A stretch of DNA of 9,895 bases from IMG/VR virus record IMGVR_UViG_2529292886_000013; one strand, given 5' to 3'. This document shows positions 1 to 6,879 of this stretch, piece after piece. The position numbers and the translations under genes are program-made. The stretch comes from a virus. Lineage: Duplodnaviria > Heunggongvirae > Uroviricota > Caudoviricetes. The notes beneath the pieces were generated by a model. It was not told where the DNA came from and searched no databases. It saw only the letters and a list, made by a program, of their open reading frames with translations. Each line of letters begins with the position of its first letter. Positions within the stretch are counted from its first letter, which is position 1.

Positions 1-1284
1 TTACTTCTTCGCCTCTGCAACCACTTTGCTACCCACGCCGCGGTTATTGTATTCCCACATGCGGTTGTAGTTAGTGTCATTCAGATTGCGCTGTATTTCG
101 TCGCTATCGTCAACGCTGCCGGTGTTACCCGCAAACGGACGATTAGAGATCACCGCATCGCCCCACGGTTTAGCCGTGTTAAAACCTTCGTTGATGGCGC
201 TATCACGGATCACCACCTGACCGTTGGTATTGGCATCAACATCCAGCGAGCGGCCCAGTTGTGCCACGCCATCACCGGAAGCATTGAAACGGCTGTTTAC
301 GGCGAGGAAACCGTAGTAAATGTTGGACAGCGTAGCCGGTGCAAACACATACGCTTCTTGCTGAGTACGTGAGTTCACCACGCGGAATTCGGTGTTATCG
401 AACACCACTGCGCCGCGACCAGAAACGATATCCACATCCCCTTCAATGTAGCTGTTGGTCACCAGCGTACGCGGCTGACGATTCGTTTCCAGACGGTTCT
501 GCACACCGCTGTTGGTGACAAAGAAGGTGTTCTGACGACCGAGAATGTTAACGTTGTTAATCTGTACCTGGTCACCGTCAGTACGCAGTGCCACCGCCGG
601 ATGGTTACCCGCATCTACGCTATCACCCAGCGTGTTTTCGATGGTCAGGTTTTGCAGTTGCAGGCCATTGTTTTGTGACCAGAAGACCGCAGAACACAGA
701 ACACCGATACTGTCGCTGCGTTTGCTCTGGCAGCTATCGTACATATACCACGCTGGTTTACCTGGCATATATTTGCCGCGCGGGTTGACGTCGTGACGCC
801 AGTCGGCAGGGCTCATGCCCCCATCAAGGGAAAGCCCAATCTTCACATCAATCGGTTTTTCACCTGTACCGTACAGAGTAATTCCACCTGGAGCAGCAGG
901 GACATACACCGTTCCCTGATACTCACCAGGCATCACGGCAATATACTGGCGCTTGTTGGTGCGCTTGATAATTGCCGCATCTACCGCCGCCTGAATCGTG
1001 GTATGCGTTACACCTTGAGTACCCGCCGGGCCGACAACAAAGTCAGGTTGCGCAGGCAGGGTTATCGGGGACGGATTCCACGCTGCAGCACCTGGTGTCA
1101 GGGATGCAAAATAGTGTTGAGCATCGAAATTCTGCGCTTCTTTTGCCGACAGAATCGGGCGAGAAGAGGTACCAGGCGCAGTTTGATCAGAAGGACGTTG
1201 ATCGGGTGGTGTTGAGCTACAGGCGGTCAGCGTCACGCCAAAAGCCAATGCCAGCGCCAGACGGGAAACTGAAAATGTGTTCAC
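1..1284 (-). CDS. ybhC: YbhC-family outer-membrane lipoprotein (pectinesterase-like / acyl-CoA thioesterase), complete
   Basis: 427-aa ORF from the track. N-terminus MNTFSVSRLALALAFGVTLTACSS has a lipoprotein signal peptide with lipobox LTAC. Recognised from memory as E. coli YbhC, the chromosomal gene on the gal side of the lambda attachment site. Confidence 0.9.
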   Translation of the reverse strand: MNTFSVSRLALALAFGVTLTACSSTPPDQRPSDQTAPGTSSRPILSAKEAQNFDAQHYFASLTPGAAAWNPSPITLPAQPDFVVGPAGTQGVTHTTIQAAVDAAIIKRTNKRQYIAVMPGEYQGTVYVPAAPGGITLYGTGEKPIDVKIGLSLDGGMSPADWRHDVNPRGKYMPGKPAWYMYDSCQSKRSDSIGVLCSAVFWSQNNGLQLQNLTIENTLGDSVDAGNHPAVALRTDGDQVQINNVNILGRQNTFFVTNSGVQNRLETNRQPRTLVTNSYIEGDVDIVSGRGAVVFDNTEFRVVNSRTQQEAYVFAPATLSNIYYGFLAVNSRFNASGDGVAQLGRSLDVDANTNGQVVIRDSAINEGFNTAKPWGDAVISNRPFAGNTGSVDDSDEIQRNLNDTNYNRMWEYNNRGVGSKVVAEAKK

Positions 1285-1330
1285 AGGTTGCTCCGGGCTA
1301 TGAAATAGAAAAATGAATCCGTTGAAGTCT

Positions 1331-1345
1331 GCTTTTTTATACTAA
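1331..1345. other. attL: att core (15-bp overlap region) of attL; bacterial/prophage junction (B-O-P')
   Basis: Exact string GCTTTTTTATACTAA at 1331-1345. Host sequence (ybhC upstream) lies to the left and the lambda P' arm (GTTGGCATTATAAAAAAGCATTGCTTATCAATTTGTTGCAACGAACAGGTCACTATCAGTCAAAATAAAATCATT) to the right. Confidence 0.85.
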
Positions 1346-1390
1346 GTTGGCATTATAAAAAAGCATTGCTTATCAATTTGTTGCAACGAA

Positions 1391-1422
1391 CAGGTCACTA
1401 TCAGTCAAAATAAAATCATTAT
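1391..1422. promoter_or_regulatory. Int arm-type binding sites (P'1-P'3) in the att P' arm, overlapping the int 3' end
   Basis: Tandem matches to the arm-type consensus (C/A)AGTCACTAT: AGGTCACTAT at 1392-1401 and CAGTCAAAAT at 1402-1411, with a third degenerate copy following. Assignment is from knowledge of lambda attP architecture. Confidence 0.55.
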
Positions 1423-2489
1423 TTGATTTCAATTTTGTCCCACTCCCTGCCTCTGTCATCACGATACTGTGATGCCATGGTGTCCGACTTATGCCCGAGA
1501 AGATGTTGAGCAAACTTATCGCTTATCTGCTTCTCATAGAGTCTTGCAGACAAACTGCGCAACTCGTGAAAGGTAGGCGGATCCCCTTCGAAGGAAAGAC
1601 CTGATGCTTTTCGTGCGCGCATAAAATACCTTGATACTGTGCCGGATGAAAGCGGTTCACGACGAGTAGATGCAATTATGGTTTCTCCGCCAAGAATCTC
1701 TTTGCATTTATCAAGTGTTTCCTTCATTGATATCCCGAGAGCATCAACATGCAATGTTGTAGGGATGGCAATTTTTACGCCTGTTTTGCTTTGTTCGACA
1801 TAAAGATATCCATCTACGATATCAGACCACTTCATTTCGCATAAATCACCAACTCGCTGCCCGGTAACAACAGCCAGTTCCATTGCAAGTCTGAGCCAAC
1901 ATGGTGATGATTCTGCTGCTTGATAAATTTTCAGGTATTCGTCAGCCGTAAGTCTTGATCTCCTTACCTCTGATTTTGCTGCGCGAGTGGCAGCGACCGG
2001 GTTTGTTGTTATATGGCCTTCAGCTATTGCCTCTCGGAATGCATCGCTCAGTGTTGATCTGATTAACTTGGCTGACGCCGCCTTGCCCTCGTCTATGTAT
2101 CCATTGAGCATTGCCGCAATTTCTTTTGTGGTGATGTCTTCAAGTGGAGCATCAGGCAGCCCCCTCCTTATTGCTTTAATTTTGCTCATGTAATTTATGA
2201 GTGTCTTCTGCTTGATTCCTCTGCTGGCGAGGATTTTTTCGTAGCGATCAAGCCATGAATGTAACGTAACAGAATTATCACTGTTGATTCTCGCTGTCAG
2301 AGGCTTGTGTTTGTGTCCTGAAAATAACTCAATATTGGCCTGTATTGCTTCAGTGATTGCTATCCTCCTGTCTCGGCCTAAACCAAACTCTTTACCCGTC
2401 CTTGGGCCCCTGTAGCAGTAATATCCATTGTTTCTTATATAAAGGTTAGGGGGTAAATCCCGGCGCTCATGACTTCGCCTTCTTCCCAT
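1419..2489 (-). CDS. int: Integrase (tyrosine recombinase), lambda Int
   Basis: 356-aa ORF matching lambda Int essentially end to end (MGRRRSHERRDLPPNLYIRNNGYYCYR... ASQYRDDRGREWDKIEIK, catalytic Tyr in the ASQYRDD context). Stop codon lies inside the att P' arm. Confidence 0.97.
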   Translation of the reverse strand: MGRRRSHERRDLPPNLYIRNNGYYCYRGPRTGKEFGLGRDRRIAITEAIQANIELFSGHKHKPLTARINSDNSVTLHSWLDRYEKILASRGIKQKTLINYMSKIKAIRRGLPDAPLEDITTKEIAAMLNGYIDEGKAASAKLIRSTLSDAFREAIAEGHITTNPVAATRAAKSEVRRSRLTADEYLKIYQAAESSPCWLRLAMELAVVTGQRVGDLCEMKWSDIVDGYLYVEQSKTGVKIAIPTTLHVDALGISMKETLDKCKEILGGETIIASTRREPLSSGTVSRYFMRARKASGLSFEGDPPTFHELRSLSARLYEKQISDKFAQHLLGHKSDTMASQYRDDRGREWDKIEIK

Positions 2490-2685
2490 TTCTGATCCTC
2501 TTCAAAAGGCTACCTGTTACTGGTCGATTTAAGTCAACCTTTACCGCTGATTCGTGGAACAGATACTCTCTTCCATCCTTAACCGGAGGAGGGAATATCC
2601 TGCATTCGCGCACCCATCGACGAACTGTTTCAAGGCTTCTTGGGCGTCGCTGGCGTGCGTTCCACTCCTGAAGTGTCAAGTACAT
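2467..2685 (-). CDS. xis: Excisionase, lambda Xis
   Basis: 72-aa ORF MYLTLQEWNARQRRPRSLETVRRWVRECRIFPPPVKDGREYLFHESAVKVDLNRPVTGSLLKRIRNGKKAKS. The 3' end overlaps the int start by 23 nt, as in lambda. Confidence 0.95.
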   Translation of the reverse strand: MYLTLQEWNARQRRPRSLETVRRWVRECRIFPPPVKDGREYLFHESAVKVDLNRPVTGSLLKRIRNGKKAKS

Positions 2686-2711
2686 CGCAAAGTCTCCGCA
2701 ATTACACGCAA

Positions 2712-2734
2712 GAAAAAGCCGCCATCAGGCGGCT
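2712..2734 (-). terminator. Putative intrinsic terminator (minus strand) between the 55-aa ORF and xis
   Basis: GC stem GCCGCC (2718-2723) / GGCGGC (2728-2733) with a 4-nt loop. On the minus strand it is followed by a U-run (plus-strand AGAAAAA, 2711-2717). The stop codon of the upstream ORF lies in the loop. Confidence 0.45.
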
Positions 2735-2892
2735 TGGTGTTCTTTCAGTTCTTCAATTCGAATATTGGTTATGTCTGCATGTGCTATCTGCGCCCATATC
2801 ATCCAGTGGTCATAGCAGTCATTGATGTTCTCTGCTTCGATAACTCTGTTGAATGGTTCTCCATTCCATTCACCTGTGACTCGGAAGTGCAT
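2725..2892 (-). CDS. Small hypothetical protein (55 aa), conserved lambda early-left ORF
   Basis: Hand translation of the minus strand: MHFRVTGEWNGEPFNRVIEAENINDCYDHWMIWAQIAHADITNIRIEELKEHQAA. GGAG lies 8 nt upstream of the ATG. Below the 60-aa cut-off, so absent from the ORF track. Position corresponds to an unnamed hypothetical ORF between xis and ea8.5 in lambda (from memory). Confidence 0.6.
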   Translation of the reverse strand: MHFRVTGEWNGEPFNRVIEAENINDCYDHWMIWAQIAHADITNIRIEELKEHQAA

Positions 2893-2929
2893 TTATCATC
2901 TCCATAAAACAAAACCCGCCGTAGCGAGT

Positions 2930-2962
2930 TCAGATAAAAGAAATCCTCGTCAGTGCGAGGAT
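2930..2962 (-). terminator. Putative intrinsic terminator (minus strand)
   Basis: Stem ATCCTCG (2943-2949) / CGAGGAT (2956-2962) with loop TCAGTG. On the minus strand it is followed by UUCUUUUAUCUG (plus-strand CAGATAAAAGAA, 2930-2942). Confidence 0.5.
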
Positions 2963-3345
2963 GCTGTTCATTGCTGCTATACACTTTTTTGCTCTCAACG
3001 TAAGCGGTAGCTCATTCTGTTGGGTTGGTGCAGTTGCTTTTAGGAAATGCTATTTACCCCTTAAACGTCGGCTGAAAGAGCTAAAATCCATGCAAAAAAT
3101 TTACGCAATTTTGTGTATTATTGTGCAGTAAGTAATGAGCTATTTTCTGCGCAAAAAATGGATGGTAAATTTGTCCGGGGCAGGAAAAATTTTATGGGCG
3201 CTAAACATGAAAAAAGATTCGTATCCTTATTTGATTTGCATGACAGTTTTAGGCCTTTATTTTCCTTTTCTTCTGGTGGCGGGCAGATATTTACAGGGTC
3301 ACGTTTCTTAATCAGAGTATATCCCACTATTACATTCTGTTTAGC

Positions 3346-3732
3346 ATGGGAATAGCTTTTCTGTTATCTCTGTTTTGGGTTAAGAAGGGGATAGTAAAAC
3401 AAAGCGGCTGGAAGAGTCTGTCAGCATACCTTAAGGTTTATGCAGGGATGTGCATATTTGCTGGATTTTTTCTGATTATACCCCTTACAACACTAACTTA
3501 TTTTTTGCCTGGAGAGACATCGTCTTATGTTGCACCGTATCGGTATACTTCCGGTAGTTCAAAAAGTTGTTCTGGAGCTGAGGTGGATGACCCCGATCTA
3601 CATGAGAATATTCGCATTTGCTATCCGTATGGCAATTATGAGTACGATAATATTATCTATGTTGAAAAGAAAATTAATACATTAGGTGCGGTAGTAACAT
3701 ATGCACAGACCGCGCGTGATGATACTGAATGA
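3346..3732 (+). CDS. Hypothetical membrane-type protein (128 aa) in an AT-rich island; candidate accessory (moron) gene of unknown function
   Basis: Only sizeable ORF in the non-lambda segment, and on the opposite strand to the surrounding early-left operon. Hydrophobic stretches GIAFLLSLFWV and YAGMCIFAGFFLIIPLTTLTYFL are followed by a polar C-terminal part. Local GC is about one third by hand count, against about half in flanking lambda-type DNA. No clear Shine-Dalgarno; start uncertain. A stem-loop terminator follows. Confidence 0.45.
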   Translation: MGIAFLLSLFWVKKGIVKQSGWKSLSAYLKVYAGMCIFAGFFLIIPLTTLTYFLPGETSSYVAPYRYTSGSSKSCSGAEVDDPDLHENIRICYPYGNYEYDNIIYVEKKINTLGAVVTYAQTARDDTE

Positions 3733-3766
3733 GATAGTATATAGCGGGCAAGTTTTAGTTAATTTA

Positions 3767-3800
3767 TCGAGGTAATATAATTTACCTCGACTCGTTTATT
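3767..3800 (+). terminator. Putative intrinsic terminator (plus strand) downstream of the 128-aa ORF
   Basis: Perfect 9-bp stem TCGAGGTAA (3767-3775) / TTACCTCGA (3782-3790) with loop TATAAT, followed by a T-rich tract (CTCGTTTATTCTGG). Confidence 0.45.
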
Positions 3801-3942
3801 CTGGTATTAATATTTCGCTTTACGATCGATTTTTATCTGATGATATCATGCGGTTTTCATATACTGACTTACTGTCTTTTCTCCGTTAGCGATTTTCTCC
3901 TGCTCAGCGATGATTTTATCTTTGGCTTCTAGTTAATTTCGC

Positions 3943-4164
3943 TCACTTCGAACCTCTCTGTTTACTGATAAGTTCCAGATCCTCCTGGCAACTTGCACAA
4001 GTCCGACAACCCTGAACGGCCAGGCGTCTTCGCTCATCTATGGGATCGCCACACTCACAACAATGAGTGGCAGATATAGCCTGGTGGTTCAGGCGGCGCA
4101 TTTTTATTGCTGTGTTGCGCTGTAATTCTTCAATTTCTGATGCTGAATCAATGATGTCTGCCAT
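3943..4164 (-). CDS. DksA/TraR-family C4 zinc-finger protein (lambda Orf73-like; probable RNA polymerase secondary-channel binder)
   Basis: 73-aa ORF MADIIDSASEIEELQRNTAIKMRRLNHQAISATHCCECGDPIDERRRLAVQGCRTCASCQEDLELISKQRGSK. It has a CxxC-x17-CxxC zinc-finger motif and the size typical of TraR-family proteins. Confidence 0.8.
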   Translation of the reverse strand: MADIIDSASEIEELQRNTAIKMRRLNHQAISATHCCECGDPIDERRRLAVQGCRTCASCQEDLELISKQRGSK

Positions 4165-4216
4165 CTTCCATTAATCCCTGAATTGTTGGTTAATACGCTT
4201 GAGGGTGAATGCGAAC

Positions 4217-4240
4217 AATAAAAAAGGAGCCTGTAGCTCC
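4217..4240 (-). terminator. Putative intrinsic terminator (minus strand) between the orf61-region ORF and the TraR-like ORF
   Basis: Stem GGAGC (4226-4230) / GCTCC (4236-4240) with loop CTGTA. On the minus strand it is followed by a run of U (plus-strand AATAAAAAA, 4217-4225). Confidence 0.45.
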
Positions 4241-4262
4241 CTGATGATTTTGCTTTTCATGC

Positions 4263-4544
4263 TCACCGTTCCTTAAAGACGCCGTTTAACATGCCGATCG
4301 CCAGGCTTAAATGAGTCGGTGTGAATCCCATCAGCGTTACCGTTTCGCGGTGCTTCTTCAGTACGCTACGGCAAATGTCATCGACGTTTTTATCCGGAAA
4401 CGGCTGTCTGGCTTTTTTGATTTCAGAATTAGCCTGACGGGCAATACTGCGAAGGGCGTTTTCTTGCTGAGGTGTCATTGAACAAGTCCCATGTCGGCAA
4501 GCATAAGCACACAGAATATGAAGCCCGCTGCCAGAAAAATGCAT
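4263..4544 (-). CDS. Hypothetical small protein at the lambda orf61 position (altered relative to lambda; start uncertain, ATG at 4544 or 4478)
   Basis: 93-aa ORF on the track; the internal start MTPQQENALRSIARQANSEIKK... would give 71 aa. The lambda-type orf61 start (ATG complement of 4572-4574) is present but is followed after 9 codons by an in-frame stop (TGA, complement of 4545-4547). Confidence 0.5.
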   Translation of the reverse strand: MHFSGSGLHILCAYACRHGTCSMTPQQENALRSIARQANSEIKKARQPFPDKNVDDICRSVLKKHRETVTLMGFTPTHLSLAIGMLNGVFKER

Positions 4545-4554
4545 TCAGTGGTTG

Positions 4555-4746
4555 TCATACCAGGTCTCTCTCATCTGCTTCTGCTTTCGCCACCATCATT
4601 TCCAGCTTTTGCGAAAGGGATGTGGCTAACGTATGAAATTCTTCGTCTGTTTCTACTGGTATTGGCACAAACCTGACTCCAATTTGAGCAAGGCTATGTG
4701 CCATCTCAATACTCGTTCTTAACTCAACAGGAGATGCTTTGTGCAT
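4555..4746 (-). CDS. Lambda Orf63-like small protein
   Basis: 63-aa [66 protein letters not shown]. Same length and position as lambda orf63, immediately left of orf60a/exo. Confidence 0.8.
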   Translation of the reverse strand: MHKASPVELRTSIEMAHSLAQIGVRFVPIPVETDEEFHTLATSLSQKLEMMVAKAEADERDLV

Positions 4747-4901
4747 ATCGCCTCCCGTTTATTATTTATCTCCTCAGCCAGCCGCTGGGCTTTCAGCGGA
4801 TTTCGGATAACAGAAAGGCCGGGAAATACCCAGCCTCGCTTCGTAACGGAGTAGACGAAAGTGATCGCGCCTACGCGGATATTATCGTGAGGATGCTTCA
4901 T
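4719..4901 (-). CDS. Lambda Orf60a-like small protein
   Basis: Track ORF 4719..4907. The lambda-equivalent start is the second Met ([60 protein letters not shown], 60 aa). Its start overlaps the exo stop. Confidence 0.75.
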   Translation of the reverse strand: MKHPHDNIRVGAITFVYSVTKRGWVFPGLSVIRNPLKAQRLAEEINNKREAICTKHLLLS

Positions 4902-5578
4902 CGCCATTGCTCCCCAAATACAAAACCAATTTCAGCCAGTGCCTCGTCCATTTTTTCGATGAACTCCGGCACCATCTCGTCAAAACCCGCCATGTACTTT
5001 TCATCCCGCTCAACCACGACATAATGCAGGCCTTCACGCTTCATACGCGGGTCATAGTTGGCAAAGTACCAGGCATCTTTTCGCGTCACCCACATGCTGT
5101 ACTGCACCTGGGCCATGTAAGCCGACTTTATGGCCTCGAAACCACCGAGCCTGAACTTCATGAAATCCCGGGAGGTAAACGGGCATTTCAGCTCAAGGCC
5201 GTTGCCGTCACTGCATAAACCATCGGGAGAGCAGGCGGTGCGCATACTTTCGTCGCGATAGATGATCGGGGATTCAGTAACATTCACGCCGGAAGTGAAT
5301 TCAAACAGGGTTCTGGCGTCGTTCTCGTACTGTTTTCCCCAGGCCAGCGCCTTAGCATTAACTTCCGGAGCCACACCGGTGCAAACCTCAGCCAGCAGGG
5401 TGTGGAAGTAGGACATTTTCATGTCAGGCCACTTCTTTCCTGAGCGGGGCTTTGCTATCACGTTGTGAACTTCTGAAGCGGTGATGACGCCGAGCCGTAA
5501 TTTGTGCCATGCATCATCCCCCTGTTCGACAGCTCTCACGTCGATCCCGGTACGCTGCAGGATAATGTCCGGTGTCAT
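4898..5578 (-). CDS. exo: Lambda exonuclease (Red alpha), 5'-3' dsDNA exonuclease
   Basis: 226-aa ORF matching lambda Exo over its full length ([65 protein letters not shown]...GEQWR). It overlaps bet by 4 nt. Confidence 0.97.
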   Translation of the reverse strand: MTPDIILQRTGIDVRAVEQGDDAWHKLRLGVITASEVHNVIAKPRSGKKWPDMKMSYFHTLLAEVCTGVAPEVNAKALAWGKQYENDARTLFEFTSGVNVTESPIIYRDESMRTACSPDGLCSDGNGLELKCPFTSRDFMKFRLGGFEAIKSAYMAQVQYSMWVTRKDAWYFANYDPRMKREGLHYVVVERDEKYMAGFDEMVPEFIEKMDEALAEIGFVFGEQWR

Positions 5579-6360
5579 GCTGCCACCTTCTGCTCAGTGG
5601 CTTTCTGTTTCAGGAATCCAAGAGCTTTCACTGCTTCGGCCTGTGTCAGTTCTGACGATGCGCGAATGTCGCGGCGAAATATCTGGGAACAGAGCGGCAA
5701 TAAGTCGTCATCCCATGTTTTATCCAGGGCGATTAGCAGAGTGTTAATCTCCTGCATGGTTTCATCGTTAACCGGAGTGATGTCGCGTTCCGGCTGGCGT
5801 TCTGCAGTGTATGCAGTATTTTCGACAATGCGCTCGGCTTCATCCTTGTCATAGATACCAGCAAATCCGAAGGCCAGACGGGCACACTGAATCATAGCTT
5901 TATGCCGTAACATCCGTTTGGGATGCGACTGCCACGGCCCCGTGATTTCTCTGCCTTCGCGGGTTTTGAATGGTTCGCGGCGGCATTCATCCATCCATTC
6001 GGTAACGCAGATCGGATGATTACGGTCCTTGCGGTAAATCCGGCATGTACAGGATTCATTGTCCTGCTCAAAGTCCATGCCATCAAACTGCTGGTTTTCA
6101 TTGATGATGCGGGACCAGCCATCAACGCCCACCACCGGAACGATGCCGTTCTGCTTATCAGGGAAGGCGTAAATTTCTTTCGTCCACGGATTAAGGCCGT
6201 ACTGGTTGGCGACGATCAACAATGCGATGAACTGCGCATCGCTGGCATCGCCTTTAAATGCCGTCTGGCGAAGAGTGGTGATCAGTTCCTGTGGGTCGAC
6301 AGAATCCATGCCGACACGTTCAGCCAGCTTCCCTGCCAGCGTTGCGAGTGCTGTACTCAT
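5575..6360 (-). CDS. bet: Lambda Beta (Red beta) single-strand annealing protein
   Basis: 261-aa ORF matching lambda Bet over its full length ([85 protein letters not shown]...). Confidence 0.97.
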   Translation of the reverse strand: MSTALATLAGKLAERVGMDSVDPQELITTLRQTAFKGDASDAQFIALLIVANQYGLNPWTKEIYAFPDKQNGIVPVVGVDGWSRIINENQQFDGMDFEQDNESCTCRIYRKDRNHPICVTEWMDECRREPFKTREGREITGPWQSHPKRMLRHKAMIQCARLAFGFAGIYDKDEAERIVENTAYTAERQPERDITPVNDETMQEINTLLIALDKTWDDDLLPLCSQIFRRDIRASSELTQAEAVKALGFLKQKATEQKVAA

Positions 6361-6365
6361 CCGTT

Positions 6366-6662
6366 TTATACCTCTGAATCAATATCAACCTGATGGTGAG
6401 CAATGGTTTCAACCATGTACCGGATGTGTTCTGCCATGCGCTCCTGAAACTCAACATCGTCATCAAACGCACGGGTAATGGCTTTTTTGCTGGCCCCGTG
6501 GCGTTGCAAATGACCGATGCATAGCGATTCAAACAGGTGCTGGGGCAGGCCTTTTTCCATGTCGTCTGCCAGTTCTGCCTCTTTCTCTTCACGGGCTATC
6601 TGCTGGTAGTGACGCGCCCAGCTCTGAGCCTCAAGACGATCCTGAATGTAATAAGCGTTCAT
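6366..6662 (-). CDS. gam: Lambda Gam (short GamS form), RecBCD inhibitor
   Basis: 98-aa [101 protein letters not shown]. The upstream [16 protein letters not shown] start (complement of 6779-6781) is out of frame here (see findings). Confidence 0.95.
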   Translation of the reverse strand: MNAYYIQDRLEAQSWARHYQQIAREEKEAELADDMEKGLPQHLFESLCIGHLQRHGASKKAITRAFDDDVEFQERMAEHIRYMVETIAHHQVDIDSEV

Positions 6663-6735
6663 GGCCGAACTCCTGAAATAGCTGTGAAAATATCGCCCGC
6701 GAAATGCCGGGCTGATTAGGAAAACAGGAAAGGGG

Positions 6736-6879
6736 TTAGTGAATGCTTTTGCTTGATCTCAGTTTCAGTATTAATATCCATTTTTTATAAGCGTCGACGG
6801 CTTCACGAAACATCTTTTCATCGCCAATAAAAGTGGCGATAGTGAATTTAGTCTGGATAGCCATAAGTGTTTGATCCAT
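6736..6879 (-). CDS. kil: Lambda Kil (host killing / cell-division inhibitor), 47 aa
   Basis: The C-terminal 47 aa of the 115-aa track ORF ([47 protein letters not shown]) equal lambda Kil as recalled. Confidence 0.8.
   Translation of the reverse strand: MDQTLMAIQTKFTIATFIGDEKMFREAVDAYKKWILILKLRSSKSIH

Noticed and set aside
545-1316. Plus-strand ORFs 545-796, 588-788, 793-1215 and 972-1316 from the track
   Set aside because: All lie antisense within ybhC, with no ribosome-binding sites and implausible composition. They are shadow ORFs of a long conserved gene.
1987-2193. Plus-strand 68-aa ORF inside int
   Set aside because: Antisense to the fully conserved integrase; low-complexity hydrophobic translation typical of a shadow frame.
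2799-2984. Minus-strand 61-codon ORF with a GTG start
   Set aside because: Overlaps the better-supported 55-aa ORF in another frame and reads through the 2943-2962 terminator stem-loop.
2554-3010. Plus-strand ORFs 2554-2907, 2640-2825 and 2822-3010
   Set aside because: Antisense to xis and to the 55-aa ORF; they run through terminator hairpins and have no start-site signals.
3118-3327. Minus-strand 69-aa ORF in the AT-rich island
   Set aside because: Antisense to the island leader and the 80-codon ORF; the translation is low complexity. Most likely an AT-rich artefact.
3346-3732. Possibility that the 128-aa ORF is a diverged ea8.5 or ea22
   Set aside because: It is on the opposite strand, of different size, and in compositionally distinct AT-rich DNA with its own terminator. 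It is not colinear with the early-left operon.
4491-6719. Numerous 60-156-aa ORFs antisense to or overlapping orf63, orf60a, exo, bet and gam (for example 4698-5024, 4907-5218, 5504-5854, 5923-6393, 6206-6478, 6320-6592)
   Set aside because: The true genes in this region are recognised with high confidence. The alternatives are out-of-frame or antisense shadows in GC-balanced coding DNA.
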